Below are positions 1 through 14,089 of a stretch of 64,000 nt of DNA, piece after piece; the first letter of the stretch is position 1, and each line of letters starts with the position of its first letter. The notes below the pieces were generated by a model that was not told where the DNA came from, made no database searches, and was given only the letters and a program-made list of their open reading frames with translations. Position numbers and translations under genes: made by a program. This stretch comes from the human T2T-CHM13v2.0 reference genome, Homo sapiens, in the NCBI RefSeq assembly GCF_009914755.1, contig NC_060942.1. The stretch is one strand, 5' to 3'.

Positions 1-2164
1 GGAATTGCTTTTTTCTGATTACTCACTACCCTTTGGCATGTTTATGTGTGTATGTATATGTGTGTACACACATATATACATATATAATGTGCTATATATT
101 GAATATGTATGTATTTCCAAATGGCACATTACTACCCATACACATGGAATTGCTATCTTTGCTGAGTGGATAGCAGAATGCACTCCCCACCTCTGCACCA
201 GAAGAAGATGTTCATAAAATGCTTTTGTAGAATACAAGGAAAGTTTTTAATTCTATAAACCATTTTATGTCTACATTGGTCTTTACTTGGAAAAATAGAT
301 GCAATATTTGTCTAAAATTGGAAAGTTAGTATTTTTTCCCCAAAACTATAAAAACTATAACTTTAACACCATGGCAACCAGTAAATTTTATATTTATTTT
401 TGTTTACATAATTCTAGTAAATTTTCTCACATGCTATGCAAAAATAAGAGTAAAATTATACTTTTCACATATGTCTCCTTGCTTTGAAAAATATTCCTTT
501 TTGTTTAAACTTACTAGCAAATAGGAATACATTTTCCAGAGTGTTTTAAAGACCGTAGGGTAGTTCTGTAGAAAGCATCCATGTCATTTTACTCTTGCTT
601 TCATAGACTTCACCACATATTTGGAATCCTTAAGTTTTAGCTATATAAGTCTCCTAAACCAAAGTACACCTAGTACCAAGTCATGATACTGAATTTACCT
701 AGAAGCTACCAATTTTATGTATAAGTATGAAATATACTATTCTAGACATTTAAAACTGGACAATTATTTAGCACTGTGAAGTCCACTCAACACATTCCGT
801 TGTTTTCTGATATTTTGAATAATTATCTATATTACCTATCCCTTTATTAAAAAACAATCACTGTCAACCACGACTGCATATAGGAGTGACCTGCAGAACT
901 TGATCCTTCCGCCTGGGCGTTCCTCACTGAATTGGCCTGCCTGGAGTTGAGTGTAGGTTTGCTTTAGAGTTCCCTCAAGTGCTTTTAATGTGACACCAGA
1001 GTTGATAATTGTTGCCATCAAATGATACTTTTTTAGGAAACAGAGAAAATATGTAACATGCTAGACTCCTCTAAACTGCGAATTACACTGTTGTTAGTGC
1101 GAAGACCTCTGAAATATAAAGTTAATTATCCATTAAATCCTTTATGTAACACTAATTTCCTGACAGTCCATAATGCTTTATAATGTGAACACAGAAGGAA
1201 TACAACAAAAAATTTCTTCGATGTACAGAAATTGACTTCATAAACAATGTAACGAACGTGAGTAAATCCTTTCTGAGGACTTTCCAGGCTCTCTTGATAC
1301 ATGACTGATGCTTCTACCAGCAATGTGGATGCTCTTGAAAGATTTCAATTGTCTAATTTGTGTATTCTCATCTAAGTAATTAAGATACCACGGCTATTTA
1401 AATTGTACTTAATTTAAGACTCACTGAGTTCTGAACAATGCAATCATGATTTTCCCAATGGGAGATTCAGTGCATGAGGCTATATTTTTAAAAAACCAGT
1501 AGCTCAGAGTCAGTTTTGTATTCTTCATAAACCTGGGCTCATGGCTGTGAAAGACAGTTGCTACCCTGCAACACCTTGCTCCTGATATCTATGAGGTTTA
1601 TGTTTTATGTTCTTTTCTTTGTTCTTTGTTTCCTACTTAAAGAGATAGGGCATAGATGGATAGATGGGGGGAGAGAAAATCGAAGCAATATATAGCACAT
1701 ACCTCTCGAGTTCATGCAGATAGTAGGTACCCTTGTGGTTTTTAGAGAAAGTGACCATCAAGCTGACAAGTCGTGAATTAAGAAGTGTTTGTTAAAAAGT
1801 TCTATGCATAAGACACAACATATCCAGGTAACAATATGTGTCTAGATGAGATGAGTGTGGAGTAATGAGAAAAGATCCAGAATAAGGGTGCTTGTAGTGT
1901 TCTAAGAAGCTGGGAAGTTACTGATGTGTTTTACAAGAGGGGTTAAATGTTCATTGTCAAATTAACAAAATTCCTGAGCCTGGGGTGTAGAATAGATTGT
2001 AGTGAAATAGGACTGTTGGCAAGGAGCCAATAAGAAGTGAGTTTCAGTATCTAGGAAAGGTACTGTATGCTTCCACAGGCTAGCCAGGATGGAGAACCAT
2101 TGCCACAGAAGTATTTTGTTTTTCTAGCTCTTGGGAAAAATGAGTCTTTCACCTACTATTGTTT

Positions 2165-2700
2165 GCATTGAGAATCCATCTGGCAGTCTTATTTTTGCCA
2201 TTTGAAAATGATTAGTCTCTTTTCTTCTGTCTGCTTTTAACATGTTCTTTATCTTTGGTTTTCAGGAGTTTTGTTATGACATGTAGAAATATAGTTTTCA
2301 TTCCATTCATCTTTCTTGATGTTTATAGGGCTTCTTGATTCTATGGCTTGATATCACTCATCAGTTTTGAAACATTCTCCACCACTACCTCCTCAAGTAT
2401 CAGTTCTGTCCATTCTTTCTCTTTGTCCTTACTCGTATGTAAGGAAGCAGATATTTGGCAAGTAATTACTACCTTATCTCAAAGTGTCTTTACGCTTTTA
2501 CTCTTTCATCTCTTTGCCTCTCAGATCTTCAAGATAAATATTTTTCTTGCATTTCTTTCAGTTTGCTAATTTTCTATTCAACTGCAAATAACCTACTGTT
2601 AAAACTATTCATTGCTATCAATTTCGATGATTTTATTTTCATGTCTAGAATTATCATTTGGTTCATTTAAAAATTATACAAATAAAGTATCAGTTTTATC
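2165..2700 (-). mobile_element. Ancient L1 (L1M/L1ME-type) internal fragment
   Basis: T-rich degenerate sequence resembling antisense old L1 (ctttatctttggttttcaggagttttgttatgac...atcagttttgaaacattctc). Boundaries approximate. Confidence 0.5.
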
Positions 2701-3329
2701 TTTGGTAGTTTTCGATGCCTTCGAATATATATACTTTTTGTATGTGTGCAGCATTTGTGATCATGAGCATGTGGGCTTTCTTGAATTACTTAGTACACCA
2801 TTAACAGAAATGGAACTTTCTCACTGGTTAATGGCTTTTTGTGGAGGTAGAGGTCATGTGATCCTCCAGAACTCCGCTGAGAGACAGGAGAGTTGGCTAT
2901 GGCTTTTCCTTCATTGTGGGACCCTCTACCTGTGATAATTTTGACTTGGAATATTCTCAAAACAAGTTATCTACCTCCATGGTAGCACTATGGCTTGTGA
3001 CAATGACAGTGAAGAAAAATAATTATTTTACTTTTGAGGGTTATTTTTTCTCTTTTGTTTTGGTAACAGCAGTGGCAAGACCGACTCCCAGAGATTCTAC
3101 CTTAATTGATTTCTGGGCAAGAGAATTATTTGTTTCAGGCTTGGTTTTTATCTCAAGTGATTCTAGAATAAATGAAGTACATTTCACCGAATAATTTTTA
3201 ATGCAAGTTGTTTTTCACCATATATTTCCACTGAGCCCTAGAGAGCTAGGATAAATAGGCTAAAGTATGCCTCCATAAGTAAAAAAATAAAATAAAATAA
3301 ATGTCTATATCGGCTACTTGTCATTTCTT

Positions 3330-3812
3330 TATTTCAGCCAAAATTTGAGTCTCTTTCCCATATTTGGAAAGTACTCCCACATTATGAATGGTGAAGGTAG
3401 CAAATAAGGTCTTGCATTATAAAAGATGAAATGCCCAAAATGCTTATCTCCCTTGCAGCTAGAGCACAAGAACATGAGCTGGCTTTTACAAATTCCAGGA
3501 ACCTAGGACCGACTTTGAGTTAGTGACAAAAGAGGCAATTCAGTGGAGGAATCTTCACAGGGGAGGAGAGACTAGTCATTTCTACTGGATCAATGTAATG
3601 ACACAGAAGTAGAAACAATGCAAATTGCTGCATCTATTGTCTCAAGTGAATACACACATTAAGCCACTTTAATAACTTTAGAGAATATTTATGGTTGCTT
3701 AGTCTTGAACCTGGTTCTCCAGTCCTCTATTCCTATTTTGAAATAATAAAAACTTTAATAAATTCCTTTCTGTCTAAATCAGCAAGTGTCAGCTTCTGTT
3801 GCTTGCAACTAA
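3330..3812 (+). mobile_element. MaLR LTR (old MLT1-type)
   Basis: Ends with aataaattcctttctgtctaaatcagcaagtgtcagcttctgttgcttgcaactaa, a typical MLT1 LTR 3' end. Confidence 0.6.
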
Positions 3813-4074
3813 TACATATAATTGATAAAACAGCATTATTGGAAGTGACTCAATTAAGTTTTAAAATATCTTAAAATCATCAATGTTTTAGAGTAGTGAA
3901 TATTAAATAGTTGTCTTCAGCAACAAGTAGATAGAATTAATTTCTCTTTTGTTTACTCCTAGCTTGGACATTAGAGCATCATTAGTGATTTACTCTGTTC
4001 AAACATGGGGATTTGTAGGAGCTTTGATATAAGGATACATCCAGATCATACAATTAAGAAAAAAGTTTGATTTA

Positions 4075-5445
4075 AATAGGGACCCACACAAATACACATA
4101 ACATATTTTAGGCAAAGGTGGAAAACTAATTTGATAAAGAGGAATGCCTTTTCAGCAAATGTTACTGGAGTAATTGAACATCCACGAGCAAACTAAGTGA
4201 AACTTCACATAAACTTCACGCCTTGTAACTCAAAACAGGTCACAGACTTAAATATAAAACATAAAGCTATAAAAAATTTTTGGAAAAACATTAGAAGAAA
4301 ATCTAGGACTAGGCAGAATTCTTAGACTTGACAACAAAATCATGATCCATAAAAGGAAATATTGACAATTTCATCTTATTGAAATTAAAAACTTTTGCTC
4401 TGTGAAAGACCCTATTAAGAGGATGAAAAGACAAGCTATTTACTGGCAGAAAATACTTAAGGACTATACATCTCTGACAAAAAACTAGTATAAGACACTC
4501 TAAAAACTGTACAGTAAATTTTTAAAAAACCATAATTCAACCAGAAGACAGGCAAAGGACATGAACATACATTTCACCAAAGTTGACATATATACAAATA
4601 ACCACATAAACAGGTGTCTGACATCATTAACCATTAGGAAGATGCAAATTAAAACTACCAAGAGATATCATTACACACCTATTGGAAAGGCTAGGAAAAA
4701 GTGACAACACTAAATGCTGACACGAATCCAGAGAAGCTGGATAGCTGGGTCACTCATTACTGGCGGGAATATAAAATGGTTCAGACACTCTGGAAAACAA
4801 TTTGTCAATTTCTTGACAACCTACATATGCAAAAATGAGACCTGGCAATTGCACTCCTGGACATTCATGTCAGAGGAATGAAACTTCTCACATACAAACC
4901 TATTCATGAATGTTCATGGCTGCTTCATTTGAAATAGTAATAAATTGAAGATAAACCAGATGTCCATCATTAGGTGAATGATTAAACAAGCTGTAGTTCA
5001 CCAAATTACGCAATACTACACAGCAGTAACAAAGGACCAAACTAATAATAAATCTCAGAAAATTATGGTGGGTGTCTATAAAAACACCAATCATCAAATG
5101 TTACATACTGTGCAATTTCATTCTATTAACATTCTTAAAATAATAAATTATAAAAATGAAGAACAGGTTGGTAGTATCCAGAGGTTATGGACAGGAAAGA
5201 GGGTATGGGGTTTGTGTGTGAGGTAGAAGTGGTTATAAAAGCAAAGAATGGGGAATCCTTTTGATGGTTGAAATGTTCTGTATCTTGACTGTAGTAATGT
5301 CAGTATTTTGGTTATGAAATGAGATGGTAATTTTACAAGAAGTTACTATGGGGAAAATTGGATAAAGAGCATGCAGGGTTGTTCTGTACTGTTTCTCACA
5401 ACTGCATGTGTAACAACAGTTATCTTAAAATTAAAAGCTAATTAG
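4075..5445 (+). mobile_element. L1MC-type 3' fragment (end of ORF2 plus 3'UTR)
   Basis: Degenerate L1 ORF2 C-terminal sequence (gatgcaaattaaaactacc, ttgcactcctgg), then an L1MC-like end actgcatgtg...ttatcttaaaattaaaag. Confidence 0.75.
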
Positions 5446-6684
5446 AAAATGTAAGAAGGAGCATCAAAACCTAGCCTCATTTTACAAACACGAAAAGCCA
5501 TCCAGTGGGGCACAATTATAGTGGAAGTAGCGTAGAAAAATGGAAAGAGTACACTCTTTTAGAATCAACTGAGGGATTTAATTAATAACTTGTCAATTAT
5601 GAATTTTGTAACCTATAGTAAGTTTCAAATATCTTTAACTCTCACTTTTCTTAATTATGAATTGGGTAGAAGAACACCAACCTCATTGTTGAGTAAAATA
5701 ATACTTTACAAGATCAAAAGAGTGCTTAGTCTATGATGCTTCAACCATTGAATGGTAGAATTGATTGACAGATACCAAAAGCCTCCTGGGACAGACCTTT
5801 GAAAAGGAACCTATTTCTTGGCAGCTCTTCTGAACTGGGGTTCCATAGGAGAAGAAACTCTTAATTCCTTGAGTCTTCCAATGTATGTAATGAGTTAACT
5901 TCCTTCCTGTATGGAAAATGGTAGCAACTGTTCAATACTTGTGAATTGAGGAAAATAATGACTCAAATCATTTTTTTGTAAGTCTTAATTCTCTCATGAA
6001 ACTCAGGTTGAGAAAGGCCAAATGTTGATTGATGGGCTGTCAATTTCTGCGTATCATCAAGAAAACAGATAAAGGGGAAAGGTGTCATTCTGTGATGGTT
6101 TGAATCATGAGACCACCCCCAACCTTCCAATATGAATTTTAAATGATTATTACTATCTTAAAGATAGGCACCAGATATTTATTTTACCACAGTTTTACCC
6201 CAGTAGCTAAACTCAAAGTCTGATACAGTGAGTGCATGCAGATAGCCGTATTGATATATTATGTAACATTTTGGCTTACTTTTTGCAAACATCTGTCCAA
6301 GGATGCATTATGTCATTTTCAGCACCTAAAGGTCAATGCATTCATGAGATAAATTCTGATTTTGGAAGAAAAATCTTAAAAAAGAAAGCCATATTTTGAG
6401 GGTCACAAAAGAGAGGTCAAAAATATTTACCTCAACCTTACGATTCATATATTAAATCCCAAGGTTACTAAACATGTAAAAGATTAATTTATGGCTTACA
6501 GAATTTTAAGGGATTTTAGGTTGGCTGTATATTCATATAAACATTTCCAGTGAATACACTCATCATTTACAAACCCATCATGTAGTTAGCTTATTTAACT
6601 CATAATTATGGGCATATTTAACAATACTGTCTTCTGTAGCTACTCCATTTTCTTCTGCTTTCCAGATCTCTAGAAAAATTTTTT

Positions 6685-6845
6685 GGAAGGAAGGAAGGAA
6701 AGGAGGGAGGAAGGGAGAGAGGGAGGGAGAGAGGGATGGAGGGAGGGACGGAGGAAGGGAGGGAGGGACGGAGGGAGGGAGGGAAGGAAGGAAGGAAGGA
6801 AGGAACGAAGGAAGGAAGGAAGGAACGAAGGAAGGAAGGAAGGAA
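6685..6845 (+). repeat. Polypurine (GGAA)n/(GGGA)n microsatellite
   Basis: Seen directly; explains the low-complexity ORFs at 6578-6942. Confidence 0.97.
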
Positions 6846-7342
6846 ACAAAGGGTGGGAGCAAGGAACAAACATGTCCTTAAAATGAATGAATGTGTTTTT
6901 GCTGAACAGTCTTAATAGGACAACAGTTATTCTGAAACTCAAGCCACCATGGCATAGAAAAGCTAAATTTGTGTTTTTGCATACAATTTAACCGACTGTA
7001 TAAATATATGAATACACAAGTATGATTTAATGGAATAACTCTCCACATTGTCACCTGTGAAAACATAAAAATGTCGTTTCTTTTGGAGACAGTGAGAATT
7101 GTTCCCTTCAAAGTGAGGACTTTACATCCTCTCCCACTGTTCTTCCTAGAAATGCAGCAGAAAGTGGGAGAAACATCTGCCTTCTGTTCTTAATAATTTA
7201 TAGACCCCAGTATGGCCCATTTAGAAATTTCACCTATTTAACAATATGCTCAAATCCTACTTCCTCCAGATTGTATGACCTATCATCCTCATCCTGGAAG
7301 TTTTCTACTGTCTCTGAGCTGATGGAGTTATTATTTGTAACC

Positions 7343-7450
7343 TAGGCCCACCTCATAGGGCTGTGAGGGCTGTGCTCAGCACAAATCCAAGGGACTGCAT
7401 TTATATAGACTATGTTGTGATCACTTTGGAGTTGTGTATATAATCCTGGC
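7343..7450. mobile_element. MER91-like non-autonomous hAT element
   Basis: gggctgtg...gcacaaatccaagggactgcatttatatagactatgttgtga...ggagttgtg resembles the MER91 consensus as remembered. Confidence 0.5.
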
Positions 7451-7529
7451 ACTGTTTCAATGTACTGTTTTCCTTCTTGCATGTTTGTCTTTGGTCTCCT
7501 AAACCATTTTAGGTTATGGCAATTATGCT

Positions 7530-8885
7530 ATTTTTAATTTTTAAATTTTTTTATGTTTATGGATACATAATAGTTGTCCATATTTATGGAATACATGTAA
7601 TATTTTGATACAATAATGCAATGTATAATGATCAAATCTTGGTTATTGGGATATTCATCACCTCAAACAGTTTTCATTTATTTGTGTTGAGAACATTCAA
7701 CTCTACTCTTCTAGTTCTTTTGAAATATACAATAAATTATTAACTTTACTATAGTCACCCTATTGAACTATCAAACACTAGATCTTATCCTTCTATCTAA
7801 CTGTATTTTTGTGCCCATTAACCAACCTCCCCTCCCTACTACTTTTCCTAGCCTCTGGTACCCACCATTCTATCCACTATGTCCATGAGATCAATATTTT
7901 TAGCTCCCACATATTGTGAGACACGTAACGTTTGTCTTCCTGAGCCTGGCTTATTTCATTTAACATAATGACCTCCATTTTCACCTATGTTGCTGCAAAT
8001 GACAGGAGTTCATTCTTTTTATGGAGGAAGAACATTGCGTTGTGTATATATACCACATTTTCTTTTTCATTCATCCATTGATGAATACTTAGGTTGATAC
8101 CATATCTTGGTTATTGTGAATACTGCTGCAATAAATATGGCAGTCATGTATCTTTTTGATATACTGATTTCCTTTCTTTTGTATATATACCCAGAGATGG
8201 GATTGCTGGATCATATGGCAATTCTATGTTCAAATTTTGAAGAACCTCCATACTGTATTTTAGATGGAAATAATTTTTATTTCCATCAACAGTGTGCAAA
8301 CATTCTCTTTCCTTTGCATCCTCGCCAGCATTTATTATTTTCTGTCTTCTTAATAGTAGCCATTCTAATTGGGGTGAGATAATATCTCATTGTGGTTTCT
8401 ATTTGCATTTCCCAAATGATTAGTGATGTTGAACATTTTTTTCATATACCTTTGACTATTTGGCTTCTTTTAAGAAATGTCTATGTAGAACTTTTGCCCA
8501 TTTTTAATCAGATTGTTTGTTTATATTGCTATTGAGTTGTTTGGGTTATTTATGTATCCCGTTTATTAACCCCTTGTCAGTTGAACAGCTTCACATATAA
8601 TTTTTCCTATCGTGTAGGCTTTCTCTTCACTTGGCTGATTGTTTCCTTTGCTCTGCAGAAGCTTTTAAACTTGATGTGATCCCATTTGCCCATTTTTGCT
8701 TTGGTTGTCTGCTTTTGAGGCCTTACTCAAGAAATCTTTGCTCAAACCAGTGTCCTGGAGCATTTCCCTAATGTTTTCTTCAGTAGTTTCACAATCTTAG
8801 GTCTTATTTAAGTTATTAATCTATTTTGATTTGATTTATGTATATATTGAAAGACAGGGGTCCAGTTTCATTCTTCTGTCTATGG
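7530..8885 (-). mobile_element. L1MA-type 3' fragment
   Basis: T-rich tail, then gatacataatagttgtccatatttatgg...atcacctcaaaca and antisense ORF2 C-terminal sequence. Confidence 0.85.
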
Positions 8886-9085
8886 TCTAGATAGTTTTTG
8901 GTGTTTGTTTTTGACTTTTGGGATTATTTCACTTCATTTTATGTCAAATTCAAATGGATGATCTTTTATTATAATATCTGATAAATTTTATATTTTCATC
9001 TAAGCCTGATGAATAACAGCTTTTCTCAGTGAATTCTGAGAAATATGTAAAGTAGAATTTATATTTAAATATTAAACAGCTTTCC

Positions 9086-9385
9086 TTTTTAGAGATAGGG
9101 CCTTGCTCTGTCATCCAGGCTGGAGTGCAGTGAGTGGGATCATGGTTTACTGTAACCTTGAATTCCTGGACTCAGGTGATCCTCCTGACTCAGCCTCCCC
9201 AGTATCTGGGACTACAGGCACGTGCCACTTTGCCCAGCTAATTTCTTTTCTTTTCTTTTTTTTTGGTGGGGATGGGGTCTTGCTGTGTTGCCAATGTTGG
9301 TCTTGAACTCCTAGCCTTAAGCAATCCTCCTGCCTCAGCCTCCCAAAGTGCTGGGATTACAAGTATAAGCCATTATGCCTAGCCT
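9086..9385 (-). mobile_element. AluJ
   Basis: Dimeric Alu in antisense with J-type features (gtgatcctcctgactcagcctccc, gggtcttgctgtgttgcc). Confidence 0.9.
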
Positions 9386-11087
9386 GAGAGCTTCAAAATA
9401 AACATAAAGGGAATATTTATTTAATGCCAGTCAAGAAATGGCTGCTTCTAAATTTCATATGAGAGTAATAGTTAACTAAGAAATAGTAGTGGGGAAAAAA
9501 CTTTTTTTGCCTAAGTACATGTATTTCAATTATTAGCTGGGACTTTTTCATTTTATGGTTCTCTCTTTTGAATTGGGGAAAATATAAATGTTAATCATTT
9601 TGCAGTTGCAGTTTAGTGTTCTCTGTGAAATGAGGTTTGTATAAGCTACATTTGCCCATAGAATACCTTAATTACTAGGACCCAAGTGGTTTGAACACTC
9701 CATTGACTTTAAAAACAAACAGCAGTGCAAAACTTCTGTGTCTTTGATGTTGAGCTCTAGAGCCATCTTGACTAAATTTTAGAAGACTTCATTACTTAGA
9801 AGATAAAGTTCAATGCCTTTTCAATGAAATTCTATTTTGTAACTGCAGTAAAAGAGAGATCACTGAGCTGCATTCCCATCCAAAACGCGCACATAGCTAT
9901 CTTGATACTCATGGTTTTAACTAGTCACAACTCCCTTTTAAATGACAATAAAAGTGTGCAGAATACAAAATAAATAAAGTCCCAAATAAAGCATCCGAAA
10001 AGTTTAAGTCATTATGCTTTCTGCTGACAGCTTAATGTCAGTATCTGACTAGAATGTAAAGGGGAAACAGTAAAATTACTTTTCAAAAGAAAAGTAATAG
10101 CACCTAAAGAAATAGCACCTAATGCATTTGGATATTCATGATTTACCCAGGATTCGGAATTAAAGGTGAAGTAAATAATTGTTTTGCTCTGCAGTTAGAA
10201 TCTGTAATGTATCTGGTAGGTTTTTCTTCAATTACAAATATTAAGGATGTGTTAGTATATGTTTAATATGTGTTAATTAAGGATATATGCTAATAAGAAA
10301 TAACCAAGGATGAAGAAGTAAAAAGATGGCATTAATACCAACCCCAGCATTTACTATACACAGGAGGATACAATGATATGTGAGACCCTTTCTGGCACAA
10401 AAGAGGGCAGTCAATAAACATTTGTTAAATTGTTAAATAAGTTTACATTCAGAACTGCACCATTATGGTTTTGATTGATATGTACAAGAATATTGGCACC
10501 ACCTTCATAGAGGCACTTTGTAATATCCACCTTTGTAATTAGCTTCAGCAATATCAATTGATTGCAATGTAAAGCCTGTAATTGGAAATATGCCAGCAAT
10601 AATATATTTTATATCTTACCTAAGAAGTGTTATTCGATGTTTAATTTTTACAAACTACATTTTATAACTTCAACTAAATTTATTTTTTGACAATTTTTTT
10701 GTGAACATACTAAAATTTAGCTTTTTAACCAATAAAACATACAAAAAAACACAGCAAAGTACATTGCTGTTTTGGAGGGAAGAGAGTTTGTTTTAAAGGC
10801 TATCTAAATTAAAAAAAAATTAGTCCTGCATTGTCTTTAGATGTATTTGTTATATTGTGATTTTTTTCAGTTACTATTTTGACTATTCTTTATGTATATA
10901 TTTGTCTTTAAAATTTAATGCAAAATTTCAAATAGTATATACAATAAAATTGTGCAGCAACTTTTACAGCAAGTGAAATGTTCTATTAGGAATCATCCCA
11001 ACAATATGAATTCTTACTGTTTTTTACACACAGTACACCTTTAACACAGCTATACTGTTCTGTGGGCAGGTCAGATATCATTTTCTC

Positions 11088-11249
11088 TTTATTTATTTAT
11101 TTATTTTTATTTTTTTAATTATACTTTAAGTTCTAGGGTACATGTGCACAACGTGCAGGTTTGTTACATATGTATACATGTGCCATGTTGGTGTGCTGCA
11201 CCCATTAACTCGTCATTTACATTAGGTATATCTCCTAATGCTATCCCTC
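11088..11249 (-). mobile_element. Short 5'-truncated L1PA 3' end
   Basis: T-rich tail plus attatactttaagttctagggtacatgtgcacaacgtgcagg...ctcctaatgctatccctc. Confidence 0.92.
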
Positions 11250-13634
11250 ATTTTATACAGGAAGCCCATGAAGTTAAGGAAGCTGAGATAACACAAGCAG
11301 GCTCAGATCTGTTACACTGATTTCTAGCGCCTTCTCAGAACACCTGTTTCAACCACTGCACACAATTTCATGACAGTGTATTCCACCCTTACCCCAGAGG
11401 AGGTTGGCGTATCTCTGAGGATGCCGATTGGTGTGCCACCCTAGACTAGGACATGATACCCTTTTTCTATATAATCTACAGTAATTCTAAGGCTCCTATT
11501 TTATATAGTTTTTCCCCAATTTAATTGGAACCATTGGCTGTATCTATTTCAATTCACAGTCCCTGATGAGTGCCTCAACCAATCTCAAAGGTAATGTCAC
11601 TAACGATTCCTCAGATCTCTTGATCACTTTCCCTGTTATGTGTGCAGTCTACCATCTTTGAAACCCTAAGATGCATGCGTCACTTTAAATGTACTCAAAG
11701 ATTAAGACAGGTTCTCAATTGTACTTATTTTAAAACCTGAAAAACCTTTACAAAAACATTCTATATGCAGCAGTATGATTCTGAAATGTCTTTTCTTCCA
11801 TCTCATTGATGTTGGTTTTGATAATGTGATTTTATGACTTAGCTGGAGCTTATCAAAGACTACATTGTTTTTGTCTCTGAAAGAACTCTCCACAGACTTC
11901 TGCTTCAGGAAAATCCAGTACTTCAGAATATTAACATTATTTAAGCCCCAGCTCAAGAGTACCAAGTTCTGAATATCACCAGAGTGTAATGCAGACAAAG
12001 AACTTTGGAAATAGAGACATTTGGTTGAGGCTGTGGACTTTCCTTCTTCATACCTCATCTGTAAAATGGGCATGAAGTATCAAATGGCCAACTCCCATAG
12101 GGTTATTGCAAGACGTAAATAAGATAAAATTTGCAAAATGCCAGGTGCATGGTAAGCCCTATACCATTTTACCTATTGATATTGGTATTTCTAAACAAGA
12201 AATACAGATTTGATTTGCCACAATGAAGGAGTATCTTTACATTTAATTTCACCTCTTTGGGGACGACTTCTTTTTTTGCCACAGGGAAAACAGTTTTATA
12301 TCTGATACAGTCAAAGTGGAAAGCTATGATGTTTTAATCCAGAGAAATTACTTGATTACATGTGGTTTTAAACGTATTCATTGGACAAAATTGTGTGCAT
12401 GGATTGATGCATGGGAAAGACACAGAAACTGGTGTGGGGTTACCAGGCTGATGATGTCTTGACCACACTCTGCGTTGAGGCATCCCAGCTTCCTCACCTG
12501 GAGAACTGGGCTTCCTCACCTTCACCTGACTAGCTCTTCCCTGCCATTAAAACAAAGCAAAGCAAAACAAAACAAAAACAACTTCCAGTTTCCCTTAAGT
12601 TTTTATCATCCACCAGAAGTCCAGCTAGAATCACTTAGAAAGCCCTCAATTTCTGAACCTTCCATCATGTGTACCCTAACGGTTTCCAGCCCTTCCTCTG
12701 CTTCTAATACTTGACTGTCCCATCTGTCTGGAAGGCCAGGGATCCACACATGTGTGTCTCCTGCTGCCTGGCCCACTGGACCGCCTTCCCTGTCTTCTCC
12801 TCCTCCTCATGCCCTCTCTCCACCCACCACTACAAGAGTTCTGCTTTTAAAAAAATCTTATCCTCTTTCCCAAAGAATTCCTCAAGTCCTGAGCCCTACA
12901 ATTTTATTAGTGCTTCTCAAAAGACTTCTCTGAAATATAATTTTATACTTTAATCTCACTTTCAGTGTCCAGATTGGCATACTCAAATTTTTATAAAATA
13001 TTTTCTGCTTCCTACTCATATTTTACTCCAGGCCAATGAGTCTAAATAGAATATATTCTGTTCCCTCCTGAACCAGCTACTCTATCATGTAGAAACATAT
13101 ATTAAGTAGATATTTCTGTTAACACTGCCACTGTTTTCGAAGTTATTCAATATTAGACCTCAAAGGTAAAACTGTCTTGTCTTTATCTCAATGAGAACAT
13201 CCAACTGAGTGCTGTATCTTATTGGTGCTGCCTCAGAATGTCTCTACCTTCTGTGGTCTCTTTCCAGTTGATATACTCTGTTTGTGTAACTTAAGGCACA
13301 AGTGTTGGTGTGACTTTCTAATGGTTCTTTTTACTGCTCGCTCAATTATCCTTGTACTTCCTGCTAGATTAATTTTTCAAAATTTTGGTTTGAAACATAA
13401 TTATTCCTCTTAAAATTTCCCATGCTTTTTCATTACCTAGACTAATAATTTAAACTTAAACTTGCAATTCAGAACTATTTGCAACATCTACCATTGTTAC
13501 ATTTAGATTTTTTAAATATAATATTTCAAGCATGATGGAAATTGCAGAGAGTCACATTACAAACCTCCAAGCGCACACTACTATATTTTAGAAAGTTCTT
13601 CTTTTCCTTTAAATTTTTTAACATAGAAAAATGT

Positions 13635-13948
13635 GGCCAGGCGCAGTGGCTCACAGATGTAATCCCGGGACTTTGGGAGACTGAAGTGGGAAGATCGCTT
13701 GAGGCCAGGAGTTTGAGACCAGCTTGGGTACATGGGGAAACCCCATCTCTACGAAGAATACAAAAATTAGCCAGTCATGGTGGTGAACACCTGTAGCCCA
13801 GCCACGCGGGAGGCTGGGGTGCCAGGATCACTTGAGTCTGGGAGATCTAAGCTGTAGTGAGCTGCGATCATGCCACTGTACTCCAGCATGGACAACAGAG
13901 TGAGATCCTGTCTCAACAAACAAACAAACAAACAAAAACAACAAAAAA
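13635..13948 (+). mobile_element. AluJ with (CAAA)n tail
   Basis: ggccaggcgcagtggctcac...gatcgcttgaggccaggagtttgagacc; aaaaatgt on both flanks is TSD-like. Confidence 0.9.
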
Positions 13949-14089
13949 TGTTGGGAATTGAAGACCCATTTGAACCTTTTGCTATCTTGCCATTTTCACA
14001 CTGAAGAGTTGCCTTTGGTATTTATCTGTGTTACTACCTAAGACTAGTCTGTACACTTCAACCGTTGTATTGTCCTCTACTACATAAGT

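Noticed and set aside
836-1266. Possible exons (minus 836-1028; plus KEYNKKFLRCTEIDFINNVTN before GTGAGT)
   Set aside because: Partial splice signals only and no recognisable protein similarity.
6578-6942. Overlapping ORFs rich in PSFL/EGRK
   Set aside because: Translations of the GGAA microsatellite.
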